DNA of 64,000 bases from Acidimicrobiia bacterium. GTDB taxonomy: Bacteria; Actinomycetota; Acidimicrobiia; IMCC26256; JAOSJL01. The stretch's first letter is position 1. Each line of letters starts with the position of its first letter. Positions 40,204-49,354 of the stretch are shown piece after piece. The stretch is taken from positions 767,926 through 831,925 of the forward strand of contig JAOSJL010000001.1 of the NCBI GenBank assembly GCA_027494115.1. Direction: 5' to 3'. The position numbers and the translations under genes are program-made. Under the pieces are notes generated by a model that was given only the letters and a program-made list of their open reading frames with translations, ran no database searches and was not told the DNA's origin.

Positions 40204-41511
40204 ATGAGACGGATTCGTTCGTTGGCGGCCGGGATCGCACTCGTGGCACTGGTCGCCACCGGCTGCGGCTGGCAGATCGAGGTTGTCGACGGTGCCGGAG
40301 GTGGAGGCGGTCGGACGACCGCCGACGTCGGCTCCGACGTGGCGATGGTGGGCTCACACGCCTTCTACTACGACGCCACCAACGGAAACCTGCGTCACGC
40401 GTACTACACGGTGGCCGGCTGGCAACACGAGGTTCTCGACGGTGCCGGTGGCTCGAACGGTCGGATCGACGCCGACGTCGGTTCGGGTGTCAGCGGGATG
40501 TTCGATGACACCACATTGCGCGTCTTCTACTACGACGCCACCAACGGAAACCTGCGTCAGGGCTACTTCGCGGGCGGCGTCTGGCATTTCGAGACGATCG
40601 ATGGTCAAGGTGGCGCAGGTGGCCGCGTCGACGCTGACGTCGGCATGGAGAACACCGCGACAACGCAGCTGCGCATGATCGATCCGCTTGACCCGTGGTC
40701 TGTGGAGAGGGTTCTCAACGTCTACTACCCCGACTCGGAGAACGGCGATCTCCGACTGGCGACGTATTCGGAAGGAGCCTGGGACTTCGAGACTCTGGAC
40801 GGTGCCGGTGGCTCGAACGGTCGGATCGACGCCGACGTCGGAGAGAGCGTCTCCGTGTTGGACGAGCTGTTCACGTTCCACTGGGAAGTGTTCTACTACG
40901 ACGCCACGAACGGAGACCTGCGCTACGGGCGCTACGACATCGGCACGGGGACCTGGGAGTTCCGTACCCTGGATGGCTCCGGTGGTGGGAGTGGTCGGGT
41001 CGACGGCGACGTCGGATCCGACGTGTCCGCAACGAGTCACTCGTCCGGTCCGGCGGTCTTCTACTACGACGCCACGAACGGCAACCTCCGCTCCGCGACC
41101 TGGAACGGATCGGACTTCGTGCTGACGACGCTCGACGGCGCCGGCGGCGGCGCGGGGCGCATCTCGTCTGATGTCGGATCCGCTCCCGATGTCGTGTTCA
41201 GCGGGTTCAGCGACGAACCGCTACGCGTCTTCTACTACGACGCCGGGAACCGCGACCTACGCGTCGGCGTCCACAACGGTGGTCCCTCCCTGAAATCCGG
41301 ATGGACGTTCGAGGCGGTCGACGGTCGGCTCGGGAACATCGGCGCCACGACGAACGACGTGGGCTCCAACAGCGCGGGTGCGCTCATCCAGCGACCCGGT
41401 GACTACATCGACTGGGGTCCGCAGGACCCCCACGTCCTCTACTACGACCGCACCAAAGGTGAACTGCGGCACGCGTGGAAGGGCTGCAAGATCGGTGGTT
41501 GCGCCGGCTAG
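40204..41511 (+). CDS. Seven-repeat beta-propeller-like lipoprotein (FYYDATNGNLR repeats), function unknown
   Basis: 435 aa. Signal plus lipobox LVALVATGC. Seven units of about 50-65 aa of the form [E/T]x[L/I/V]DGxGGxxGRxxxDVG...(V)FYYDxxNGxLRxxxxxxxxW. Ends ...KGCKIGGCAG. Confidence 0.75.
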   Translation: MRRIRSLAAGIALVALVATGCGWQIEVVDGAGGGGGRTTADVGSDVAMVGSHAFYYDATNGNLRHAYYTVAGWQHEVLDGAGGSNGRIDADVGSGVSGMFDDTTLRVFYYDATNGNLRQGYFAGGVWHFETIDGQGGAGGRVDADVGMENTATTQLRMIDPLDPWSVERVLNVYYPDSENGDLRLATYSEGAWDFETLDGAGGSNGRIDADVGESVSVLDELFTFHWEVFYYDATNGDLRYGRYDIGTGTWEFRTLDGSGGGSGRVDGDVGSDVSATSHSSGPAVFYYDATNGNLRSATWNGSDFVLTTLDGAGGGAGRISSDVGSAPDVVFSGFSDEPLRVFYYDAGNRDLRVGVHNGGPSLKSGWTFEAVDGRLGNIGATTNDVGSNSAGALIQRPGDYIDWGPQDPHVLYYDRTKGELRHAWKGCKIGGCAG

Positions 41512-41532
41512 GCCGCCTGCGATCCGGCGCAC

Positions 41533-41576
41533 GCGCCGTCGGCCGGGGGATGGGTTCCCTCTCCGGTCGGCGGCGC
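41533..41576. terminator. Possible stem-loop between convergent propeller gene and pilT
   Basis: GCGCCGTCGGCCGG (41533-41546) pairs with CCGGTCGGCGGCGC (41563-41576). 14 bp including two G-U pairs, 16-nt loop, no U tract. Confidence 0.3.
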
Positions 41577-41607
41577 GTCGTCGCTTCCCCGACCGCAACC
41601 GGCGCTC

Positions 41608-42714
41608 TCAGGCGCTGGTGCGCTCCCGGTCCATCGACGAGGAGATGAGGCCGGCCTGCTCGATGGCGAGGCGCAGGTCGTGGGGGTGCGACGCCATGCC
41701 GAGCGCGTCGCGCAGCGACACGAGCTCGTTCTTGAAGAGCTGGAGGATGCTCTGGTCGAAGGTCTGCATCCCGTAGTACTCGCCGTCGGCGATGACCGTC
41801 TCGATCTCGTGGGTCTGACCGGCGTTCACGATCTTGTCGAACACGCGTCCCGTGTTCACGCACACCTCCACGGCGGGCACCCGCCCCTCGGCGTCACGGC
41901 GTTCGATGAGACGCTGGCTCACGATGCCCCGCAGGGAGCCGGCGAGGGTGTGGCGGACCTGCTGCTGCTGGTGCGGCGGGAAGAACTCGATGACGCGATC
42001 GACGGACTCCTTGGCGCCGATCGTGTGCAGCGTCGAGAACACGAGGTGGCCCGTCTCTGCGGCCGACAGCGCTGCGTGAACCGTCTCGGGGTCTCGCATC
42101 TCCCCGATCAGGATCACGTCGGGGTCCTGGCGCAACACGCGCTTCAGGGCGGTGTGGAAGTCCTCGGTGTCCGTGCCGATCTCGCGCTGGTTGACGATCG
42201 AGCGCTTGTCGGGGTGGAGCACCTCGATCGGATCCTCGATCGTCACGATGTGTCGTCGCTGCGTCTCGTTGATGTGATCGACCATCGCCCCGAGGGTGGT
42301 GGTCTTTCCGGACCCCGTCGGCCCGGTGACGAGCACGAGACCGCGCGGTTCGCCGGCGAGTCGTTCGAGAACCGGCGGCATTCCCAGATCAGCAAGGCTC
42401 GGAATCCCGGTGAGAACGCGTCGCATCACGACGCCCACAGAACCGCGCTGGCGAAACACGTTCACACGGAACCGACCCATGCCTGCGACAGCGTGCGCGA
42501 AGTCGGCTTCGTTGGTGGCGTGGAACTCCTCGGCGCGCGTCGGAGGCATGATGGCGAACGCCACACGCTCGGTGTCGGCGGCTGTCATCGTGTCGAACTC
42601 CGTCGGGACGAGGTGTCCGTCAATTCGCACGTAGGGCGGCGATCCCACCTTCAGGTGGACGTCGGACGCGTCCTCCTCGATGGAGAACCGCAACAGCTGT
42701 TCGAGATCGAGCAC
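41608..42714 (-). CDS. pilT: PilT-type twitching-motility/retraction ATPase
   Basis: GTG 42714 after GGGGGAG (VLDLEQLLRFSIEEDASDVHLKVGSPP). Walker A GPTGSGKTTT, Walker B/Asp box ILIGEMRD, His box TGHLVFSTLHT. Confidence 0.85.
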   Translation of the reverse strand: MLDLEQLLRFSIEEDASDVHLKVGSPPYVRIDGHLVPTEFDTMTAADTERVAFAIMPPTRAEEFHATNEADFAHAVAGMGRFRVNVFRQRGSVGVVMRRVLTGIPSLADLGMPPVLERLAGEPRGLVLVTGPTGSGKTTTLGAMVDHINETQRRHIVTIEDPIEVLHPDKRSIVNQREIGTDTEDFHTALKRVLRQDPDVILIGEMRDPETVHAALSAAETGHLVFSTLHTIGAKESVDRVIEFFPPHQQQQVRHTLAGSLRGIVSQRLIERRDAEGRVPAVEVCVNTGRVFDKIVNAGQTHEIETVIADGEYYGMQTFDQSILQLFKNELVSLRDALGMASHPHDLRLAIEQAGLISSSMDRERTSA

Positions 42715-42796
42715 GTCTCCCCCGGGGGTCTGGGCTTCCGATGGAGTTATCGACGCCCGGCGACCCGACCTGAACCGAACGACGCGGATCTCACCA

Positions 42797-43855
42797 TTAG
42801 TGGTCGAACTTCTCAGATTCCTCACGGATCGTGGCGTGGATCCGCCGGGTGGCCTCGACCACATCTCGTCCCGGCCCACCGGTCGTGGGCGGTTCGGTTT
42901 CGGCGGGGCCACCGACATGTCCCGTTCCGATCACACGTTGCTCCGAGAGCAACGCCGCCACCGTCACGGCAGTCGACTCGACCAGCGCCTGCTCGTCGTA
43001 TCCCCCTTCGAGGAACGCCACGATCCGACCGGGTGTCCACCGAGCGACCCGCTCTGCAAGAGCGGCGAAGTCTCCCGAAGAGAGGGCGAGGCCTGTGAGT
43101 GGGTCGCGCCGATGGGCGTCGAAACCCGCGGAGACGACTGTCCAGTCGGGGGCGAACCGCTCCACCAGGGGCTCGACCACATCGTCGAAGGCGGCGAGGT
43201 ACACGTCGCCGGTGGTACCGGCGGGAACCGGAATGTTGCAGGTCGTGCCGGGCGCGTCGGGCCCGCCGGTCTCGTCGAGCCGACCCGTGTGAGGGAACAG
43301 TGGGAACTCGTGAGCGGAGACGTAGAGCACTCCGGGGTCGTTCCAGAAGAGATCCTGCGTTCCGTTTCCGTGGTGGGCGTCCCAGTCGATGATCACGACG
43401 CGCTCACCCGCTGCGCGCAGCGCCGCTGCCGTGACGGCAGCGCTGTTGACGAGACAGAAGCCGCGAGCAGTCGACGCCGAAGCGTGGTGCCCGGGTGGGC
43501 GTACGGCCAGGAACGCCGCGTCACCCCGACCTTCGCTCAACACCTCGACGGCCTCCAGCCCGGCTCCCGCCGCGTGGGTGGCGGCGGTCCAGGAATCCAC
43601 GGAGGCGACCGTGTCGGGATCGACCATTCCGCCACCCGCTTCGCAGAATCGCTCGACGGCCGCCAGGTACGTGGGATCGTGGACCCGTGCCATCTCCGCC
43701 GAAGTCGCCGCGCGGGGCTCCAGCTCGACGACGGCGTCGCGGAGCCCTGCGGCCTCGATCCCCCGGGCCACTGCCGCGAGTCTCCCGGCCCGCTCGGGAT
43801 GGCCACGACCCGTGTCGTGCGCGACGAACGACGGATCGGAGGAGACAAGCAACAC
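42797..43855 (-). CDS. Histone deacetylase family protein (AcuC/acetylpolyamine amidohydrolase-like)
   Basis: GTG 43855 (VLLVSSDPSFVAHDTG). RPPGHHA, IIDWDAHHGNGTQ, VSAGFDAH, FLEGGY motifs. Confidence 0.85.
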   Translation of the reverse strand: MLLVSSDPSFVAHDTGRGHPERAGRLAAVARGIEAAGLRDAVVELEPRAATSAEMARVHDPTYLAAVERFCEAGGGMVDPDTVASVDSWTAATHAAGAGLEAVEVLSEGRGDAAFLAVRPPGHHASASTARGFCLVNSAAVTAAALRAAGERVVIIDWDAHHGNGTQDLFWNDPGVLYVSAHEFPLFPHTGRLDETGGPDAPGTTCNIPVPAGTTGDVYLAAFDDVVEPLVERFAPDWTVVSAGFDAHRRDPLTGLALSSGDFAALAERVARWTPGRIVAFLEGGYDEQALVESTAVTVAALLSEQRVIGTGHVGGPAETEPPTTGGPGRDVVEATRRIHATIREESEKFDH

Positions 43856-43953
43856 GCTCGGAGAGTACCGCCGACGCGCAGGTACGATCGCTTCTGCGCC
43901 ACCCACGTCCCGGGGAACGCCGCGGTCCGCTCGAGACCGCGCCGAGAGCCCGC

Positions 43954-44660
43954 ATGGCGGTCCTTGCCGTGACGACACAGACACTTCGCTGGCGAGGAGG
44001 CTGGGTACGGCTCGGGGCCTGGCGTGGTGACGAGGCCCTCGCCGCCATCACCCTCGGTGCCGAGTCGCCCCCAGTATCGAGTTCGTCGAAGAGTGCGTGG
44101 AACGACTTCGCGACCTCGGCTACTCCTCTGTCATCACGAACGCTCTCACCGCGGCCGATTCCCTGCCGTTCGTGGACGCGGGGTTCCGCGTCCGCGAGCG
44201 GCTTCACCTGTTGGCCCACGACATGTCGGATCTCCCCGAGCGGACAGCGTCGACCCGTCGGGCCCGGCGGCGCGACCGGTCCACCGTCCTCGAGGTCGAC
44301 ACCGCTGCCTTCGACCCGTTCTGGCGCCTGGATGCCAGCGGACTCGACGACGCCCTTGCGGCGACGCCCGTCTCCCGGTTCCGCACATTGTGGGACAACG
44401 GGAACCTCACCGCCTACGCGATCGCCGGTCGGGCCGGTCGCCAGGGGTACATCCAACGCATCGCCGTCGATCCCGCCCGACGGCGTCGCGGTCTCGGGTC
44501 TGCTGCTGTTGCCGACGCACTGGCCTGGTTGGCTCGCCGCGGGGCGAAACGCACCGTCGTCAACACCCAGGAGAGCAACGTCGGCGCCGTGAGGCTCTAC
44601 GAGCGGTGCGGTTTCACCCTGCTACCGGTCGGACTGAGCGTTCTGGCCCGGGATCTGTGA
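43954..44660 (+). CDS. GNAT family acetyltransferase; frame broken at C5 run 44068-44072
   Basis: ATG 43954 gives MAVLAVTTQTLRWRGGWVRLGAWRGDEALAAITLGAESPP. The frame of ORF 44097..44660 continues SIEFVEECVERLRDLGYSSVITNAL...IQRIAVDPARRRRGLGSAAV...VRLYERCGF. One extra C joins them. Confidence 0.7.
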
Positions 44661-46716
44661 TGTCGCGATCCCCCCGGTCGTCCCGAGCTCTCGCCGTTCT
44701 CGGAGTTCTCGTGATGTCGGTGGTGACCACCCCGCTCACCGCCGACGCCGGCGAGCCCGCCGAGGCGTCGTCCGCGGGCACGGTCACCCTCGTGGACCAG
44801 GCCCCTGGGTGCCGCTCGGCGGCTCCACCGAGCTCGTTGTCGATCCCACGGAGACCGACGCCGATGCCGAAATCGCCGTCACGGTTCACGAGCGCCTGAA
44901 CTCCAGCATTCGCTTCGGCGAGACATTGTTCGGCGACTCGCTCGACTCCACCCTGGGTCAGGTCACGTTTCCGGTGGCCGACCTGGAGGAGACGGCAGAC
45001 GGCGTGCGGATTCCCGTCGTCCTCGATCCGGGTGTTCCGAGCTCACTCGGGTTCCCCACCATCTCCCGACGCGGGGTGTATCCGGTCGCGGTCGAGGTGC
45101 GCGACCCCTCGACCGGGGAGCCGGGCGACGGCTTCATCACCTACCTCGTGGTTGTCGACGAGGAGAACGACCCCATCGGTCAGCGTCTGCGGGTCGCCTG
45201 GATCTGGCAGATGGTGGCCGAACCCGCATTCAACGCCGACGGCACACCTGATGAACAGGTCGTGGCCGAGTTCCGCTCCGACGGCCGTCTGGGCCGGATC
45301 GCCGCGTCCATCCCCGACCCCGCGGACGTGGCCGTGACCCTGGCTCCAGGGCCGGAGACCTTCGAGGCGTGGCGTGAGCTCGCGTCGCCACCCGACCCCG
45401 GGGATCCCGACGCGACCGCGGACGCTCTCGCCGCCCGAATCGCTCCCGGTATCGACGCTGTGCAGCGCCGGGTGGACGCAGGACAAGGGCTCCTCAGCGG
45501 ACCCTTCGTGCCGGTCGACGGCCCGGCGCTGGTCGCAGCCGGGATGCACACCGAAATCCGCGAAGAGCTCATCTCGGGTGCGTTCAGCCTCGGAACGACC
45601 TTCGAGACCGGCATCGATCCGACCACGGCCTTCGCCGCTCCGCTCGACGACGAGACCGCGGCGATGCTGGCCGGCACCTCGATCGAGCAGTTGGTCGTCC
45701 GACCCGACACACTGACGTCGTTCGAGTCCGACCTCACGCCGGCGGAGCCCTTCCTTCTCGACTACGGCGACGGAACGATTCCCGCGACCGCCTCCAACGC
45801 ACCGATCCGCGAGCTCCTCGACGGTGGCGGCCCGCCTGCACTTCGGGCCCAACGGTTCGTCGCCGCCTTGTCGGTCGTGGCTCTCGAAGAGCCGAACAAC
45901 CCTCGCGGAATCGTCCTCGCGTCACCGCAACGCTGGAATCCCGATTCGGCGGCTGTCGACCGGGCCGTCGACGGCCTCGCGGACCACCCGCTGCTCGCCC
46001 CCGTCGGGATCGCTGATTACTTCGACGAGGTTCCTCTGCAACTCGGCGACAACAACGAGCCCGTCGTCCACACGCTCAAGAGCCTCGTGCCCGGATCCCC
46101 GCCCGTGACCCCGGCCGATTACCGGTCGGCGGCTTCGGACCTCGTGGGGCTCCGTTCGCTCACCTCGGCCGAGGATCCCCGAATCATCGACGGAACCCGC
46201 TCGTTGCTCGTCTCACTCACGTCCATGTGGGAGGGCGTGGGAGGCCGTGCCCGCGCACGGGAGCAGCTCGCGACCATCGACCTCGCTACCGAGGACGTCC
46301 TGTCGACGGTGAGCGCCGCCGACGACAGCACCGTCACCATCACGGCACGTCGGGCGCGGATCCCCGTCGCGTTCCAGAACGATTCGGACGAGCCCGTGCG
46401 TGTTCTCGTCAGCCTGGAAAGCGAGAAACTGTCATTCCCCGACGGGTCGGATTTCATCATCGAGCTCCCTCCCCGAAACAGCACAGAACGATTCCTCGTC
46501 GAGGCGCGCACGACGGGCACCTTCCCCATGATCCTCACGGTCTCCTCGCCTGACGGACGGTTGCAGTTCCAACGGAGCCGCCTCACCGTGCGATCGACGG
46601 CGGTGAGCGGTGCGGGCATCATCGTCACCGTCGTCGCGGCCGGATTCCTCGCCCTCTGGTGGACGATCCACATCGTGCGGGGGCGACGGGCCAAGCGGCG
46701 GGCCGTGAAATCGTGA
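44660..46716 (+). CDS. DUF6049-like secreted protein (Rv3909-position homologue); frame broken at C4 run 44802-44805
   Basis: ATG 44660 (TGATG overlap) gives a signal peptide MSRSPRSSRALAVLGVLVMSVVTTPLTADA...TLVDQAP. It continues in the frame of ORF 44809..46716 (WVPLGGSTELVVD...) and ends with a C-terminal TM GIIVTVVAAGFLALWW. Sits directly upstream of murJ. Confidence 0.65.
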
Positions 46717-48383
46717 CAGACGGTCAGCCTCCGATTCCGAGCGACCCGAGCGAATCCGACCTCGATCTCGGTGAAGGCGAGGCCTTCGCCATCGAGTCGG
46801 GTGGGCGGCGCCTCGTCCGCTCCAGCGCTGTCGTCGGTGCGGGAACGGCACTCTCGCGAGCGACCGGGATGTTGCGCGTCGGTGCGATCGCGTTCGCTCT
46901 CGGGGCGACGGCGACCGCCGACACGTTCAACATCGCCAACATGGCCCCGGCCATCGTCTACGAGCTGATCCTCGGCGGGGTTCTCTCGGCGACTCTGGTT
47001 CCGGTCTTCGTCGAGCACCTCCGCGATCCCGATGACGACGCCGCTTCGGCGGTGACGACGGTCGCGATGGTCGGCCTCGGGATTCTCGCCGTGGTGGGTG
47101 TTCTCGCTGCCCCGCTCATCATGCGCGTCCTTGCCCTCCTCGCCAGCGACGACGTCAAGGACGACCAGCTCGCCCTGGGCACGGACCTTCTTCGGCTTCT
47201 CATCCCCCAGGTTCTCTTCTTCGGCTTCGTCGCTCTCGCCTCCGCCGTGCTCAACGCCCGTCGCCGATTCGCTGCGCCGGCGTTTGTCCCCATCCTCAAC
47301 AACGTCGTCGTCATTTCCGCCTTCCTCGCGGTAGCGGCCGTGGCGGGAGGCGACGTGAGCCTCGACGCCGTGCTGAGCGACACCGGGCTGATACTGCTGA
47401 TGGGGCTCGGGACGACCGCCGGTATCGCGGCGATGGCTGTTGCGCTCTATCCGGCTCTACGGCACGCAGGCGTGCGGCTCCGACCCCTCTTCACTCTCCG
47501 ACATCCGGCTGTCCGCAAGGTCGCCCGCCTGTCGGGCTGGACGTTCGGCTATGTGCTCGCAAATCAGGCCGCGTTTCTCGTGGTTCTGATCCTGGCGTTC
47601 TCCCGTCGGGGTGAAGTATCGGCCTACCAGTACGCCTTCATCTTCTTCCAGCTCCCCCACGGCTTGTTCGCCGTGTCGATCATGACGGCGATCACGCCGG
47701 ACTTCGCTCGGTCGGCGACACGACGCGACTGGGCCGACCTGCGCAACCGTTTCTCGTACGGCATGCGTCTGATGGGTCTGCTGGTGCTCCCGACCTCGGT
47801 CGGATTCTTCGTCATCACGCGAACAGTCGATACGACGACGCTCACCTTCGGTGAGCTCTCCGCGTCATCGGCTGCGCTGACAGCTCAGACCCTGTCCGCG
47901 TTCGCTCTCGGGATGTTCGCGTTCTCGGCCTATCTGTATTCGCTGCGGGTCTTCTACGCCATGCAGGACACCCGGACGCCGTTCCTGTTGAACTGCGCCG
48001 AGAACGGTCTGAACATCGTCCTGGCGCTGGCGCTCTTCCCGTCGCTCGGCGTGCGCGGCCTGGCTCTGGCGTGGTCGATCTCCTATTGCTTCGCGACCAT
48101 GCTCACTCTCGTCGTTCTCCGGCGGCGCCTCGGCAGGCTCGATGGTGGCCGGATCCTGCACAGCCTCGGGCGCATGCTCGTCGCCTGTGCGGTGCTCGGC
48201 GTCGTGGCGTGGGCCGTCATCGACGGGCTCGGCACCGCCACGCGGGGTCGGGCTCTCGTGGTCGTCGGCCTGGCGGTGATCCTCGGCGCGGCGTCCTATT
48301 TCGCCGTCCTCGCCGCCATGCGCGTCGAGGAGATCCGAGGGATTCGGAGCCTGCTCAAGGGAAAATCCCCGCCGGTCGCGTAA
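46713..48383 (+). CDS. murJ: Lipid II flippase MurJ (MviN)
   Basis: GTG 46713 (GTGA overlap). ...LSRATGMLRVGAIAFALGATATADTFNIANMAPAIVYELILGGVLSATLVPVFV... About 14 TM segments. No fused C-terminal domain. Confidence 0.9.
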   Translation: MTDGQPPIPSDPSESDLDLGEGEAFAIESGGRRLVRSSAVVGAGTALSRATGMLRVGAIAFALGATATADTFNIANMAPAIVYELILGGVLSATLVPVFVEHLRDPDDDAASAVTTVAMVGLGILAVVGVLAAPLIMRVLALLASDDVKDDQLALGTDLLRLLIPQVLFFGFVALASAVLNARRRFAAPAFVPILNNVVVISAFLAVAAVAGGDVSLDAVLSDTGLILLMGLGTTAGIAAMAVALYPALRHAGVRLRPLFTLRHPAVRKVARLSGWTFGYVLANQAAFLVVLILAFSRRGEVSAYQYAFIFFQLPHGLFAVSIMTAITPDFARSATRRDWADLRNRFSYGMRLMGLLVLPTSVGFFVITRTVDTTTLTFGELSASSAALTAQTLSAFALGMFAFSAYLYSLRVFYAMQDTRTPFLLNCAENGLNIVLALALFPSLGVRGLALAWSISYCFATMLTLVVLRRRLGRLDGGRILHSLGRMLVACAVLGVVAWAVIDGLGTATRGRALVVVGLAVILGAASYFAVLAAMRVEEIRGIRSLLKGKSPPVA

Positions 48384-48475
48384 CTCGCGAGCCTCCGGGC
48401 AGGTCCAACGCTGGCAGGGGGCACCGTGGGCCAATACCTTCGCGGCAACTCCCGCCGACCGCCGAGGAGGTAAGG

Positions 48476-49315
48476 GTGAACATTCGAGTCGTCACCGACA
48501 GTGCATGTGACCTACCCGACGACCTCGTCGACAAGCACCGTATCGAGATCGTTCCCCTGACGATCCGATTCGGCGATCTCGAATTCGTCGACCGTTTCGA
48601 GCTCGACAGCGAGGCCTTCTGGACCCGCGTCGCCGACTCCGACACGCTCCCCGAGACGTCCGCTCCGTCGGCCGGAGCCTTCGAGAAGACCTTCACCAAG
48701 TTGTTCGACGAGGGCGCCGACGCGATCCTGTGCGTGAACCTGGCGTCGCGCCTCTCCGCCACCATGCAGTCCGCTGAGGTCGCTGCAAAGTCGGTCGCCG
48801 ATCGCGGCAACGTCCGCGTCGTCGATTCACTCAGCGTGTCGCTGATCCAGGGAAACCTCGCCGTCACGGCCGCCGAGCGAGCGGAAGCAGGGGACGACCT
48901 CGATGCCGTCGTCACCGAAGTAGAACGGCAGCGCGACCACGGGCGGCTGTACGCGACGCTCGACACCCTCGAGAACCTCCGCAAGGGCGGCCGCATCGGC
49001 GGTGCGCAGGCCCTGTTGGGCTCGATGCTGTCGATCAAGCCGATCGTGACGTTCACCGACGGCGAGGTGACCCCACTCGCCAAGGTGCGGACCCGCGGCA
49101 AGTCGCTACGTTGGCTCGTTGACAAGGTGGCCGAAGAAAAGGTCGAGCACGTAGGTGTCGTGCATGCCGACGCGTCCGACCTCGACGACTTTCTCGAGAT
49201 GCTCCGTCCGGTGGTTCCCGGCGAGGACATCATCGTCGGCACGATCGGGCCCGTCGTGGGGACCCACTCCGGTCCTGGCGCCATCGCCGTCACCTTCACA
49301 ACCGTGGACGACTAG
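48476..49315 (+). CDS. DegV family fatty-acid-binding protein
   Basis: GTG 48476 after GAGGAGG. IRVVTDSACDLP..., PETSAPSAGAF, LSATMQSA, and GPVVGTHSGPGAIAV are typical of DegV. Confidence 0.9.
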   Translation: MNIRVVTDSACDLPDDLVDKHRIEIVPLTIRFGDLEFVDRFELDSEAFWTRVADSDTLPETSAPSAGAFEKTFTKLFDEGADAILCVNLASRLSATMQSAEVAAKSVADRGNVRVVDSLSVSLIQGNLAVTAAERAEAGDDLDAVVTEVERQRDHGRLYATLDTLENLRKGGRIGGAQALLGSMLSIKPIVTFTDGEVTPLAKVRTRGKSLRWLVDKVAEEKVEHVGVVHADASDLDDFLEMLRPVVPGEDIIVGTIGPVVGTHSGPGAIAVTFTTVDD

Positions 49316-49354
49316 AGCCGCTTCGGGGTCTCCGGCCTACTACCGTCCGGAGTC

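Noticed and set aside
40363-40842. Identical 35- and 44-nt DNA segments, initially suspected to be a dispersed mobile-element fragment.
   Set aside because: Both copies of each lie in equivalent positions of successive protein repeats of one gene. They reflect intragenic blade duplication or conversion, not a transposable element.
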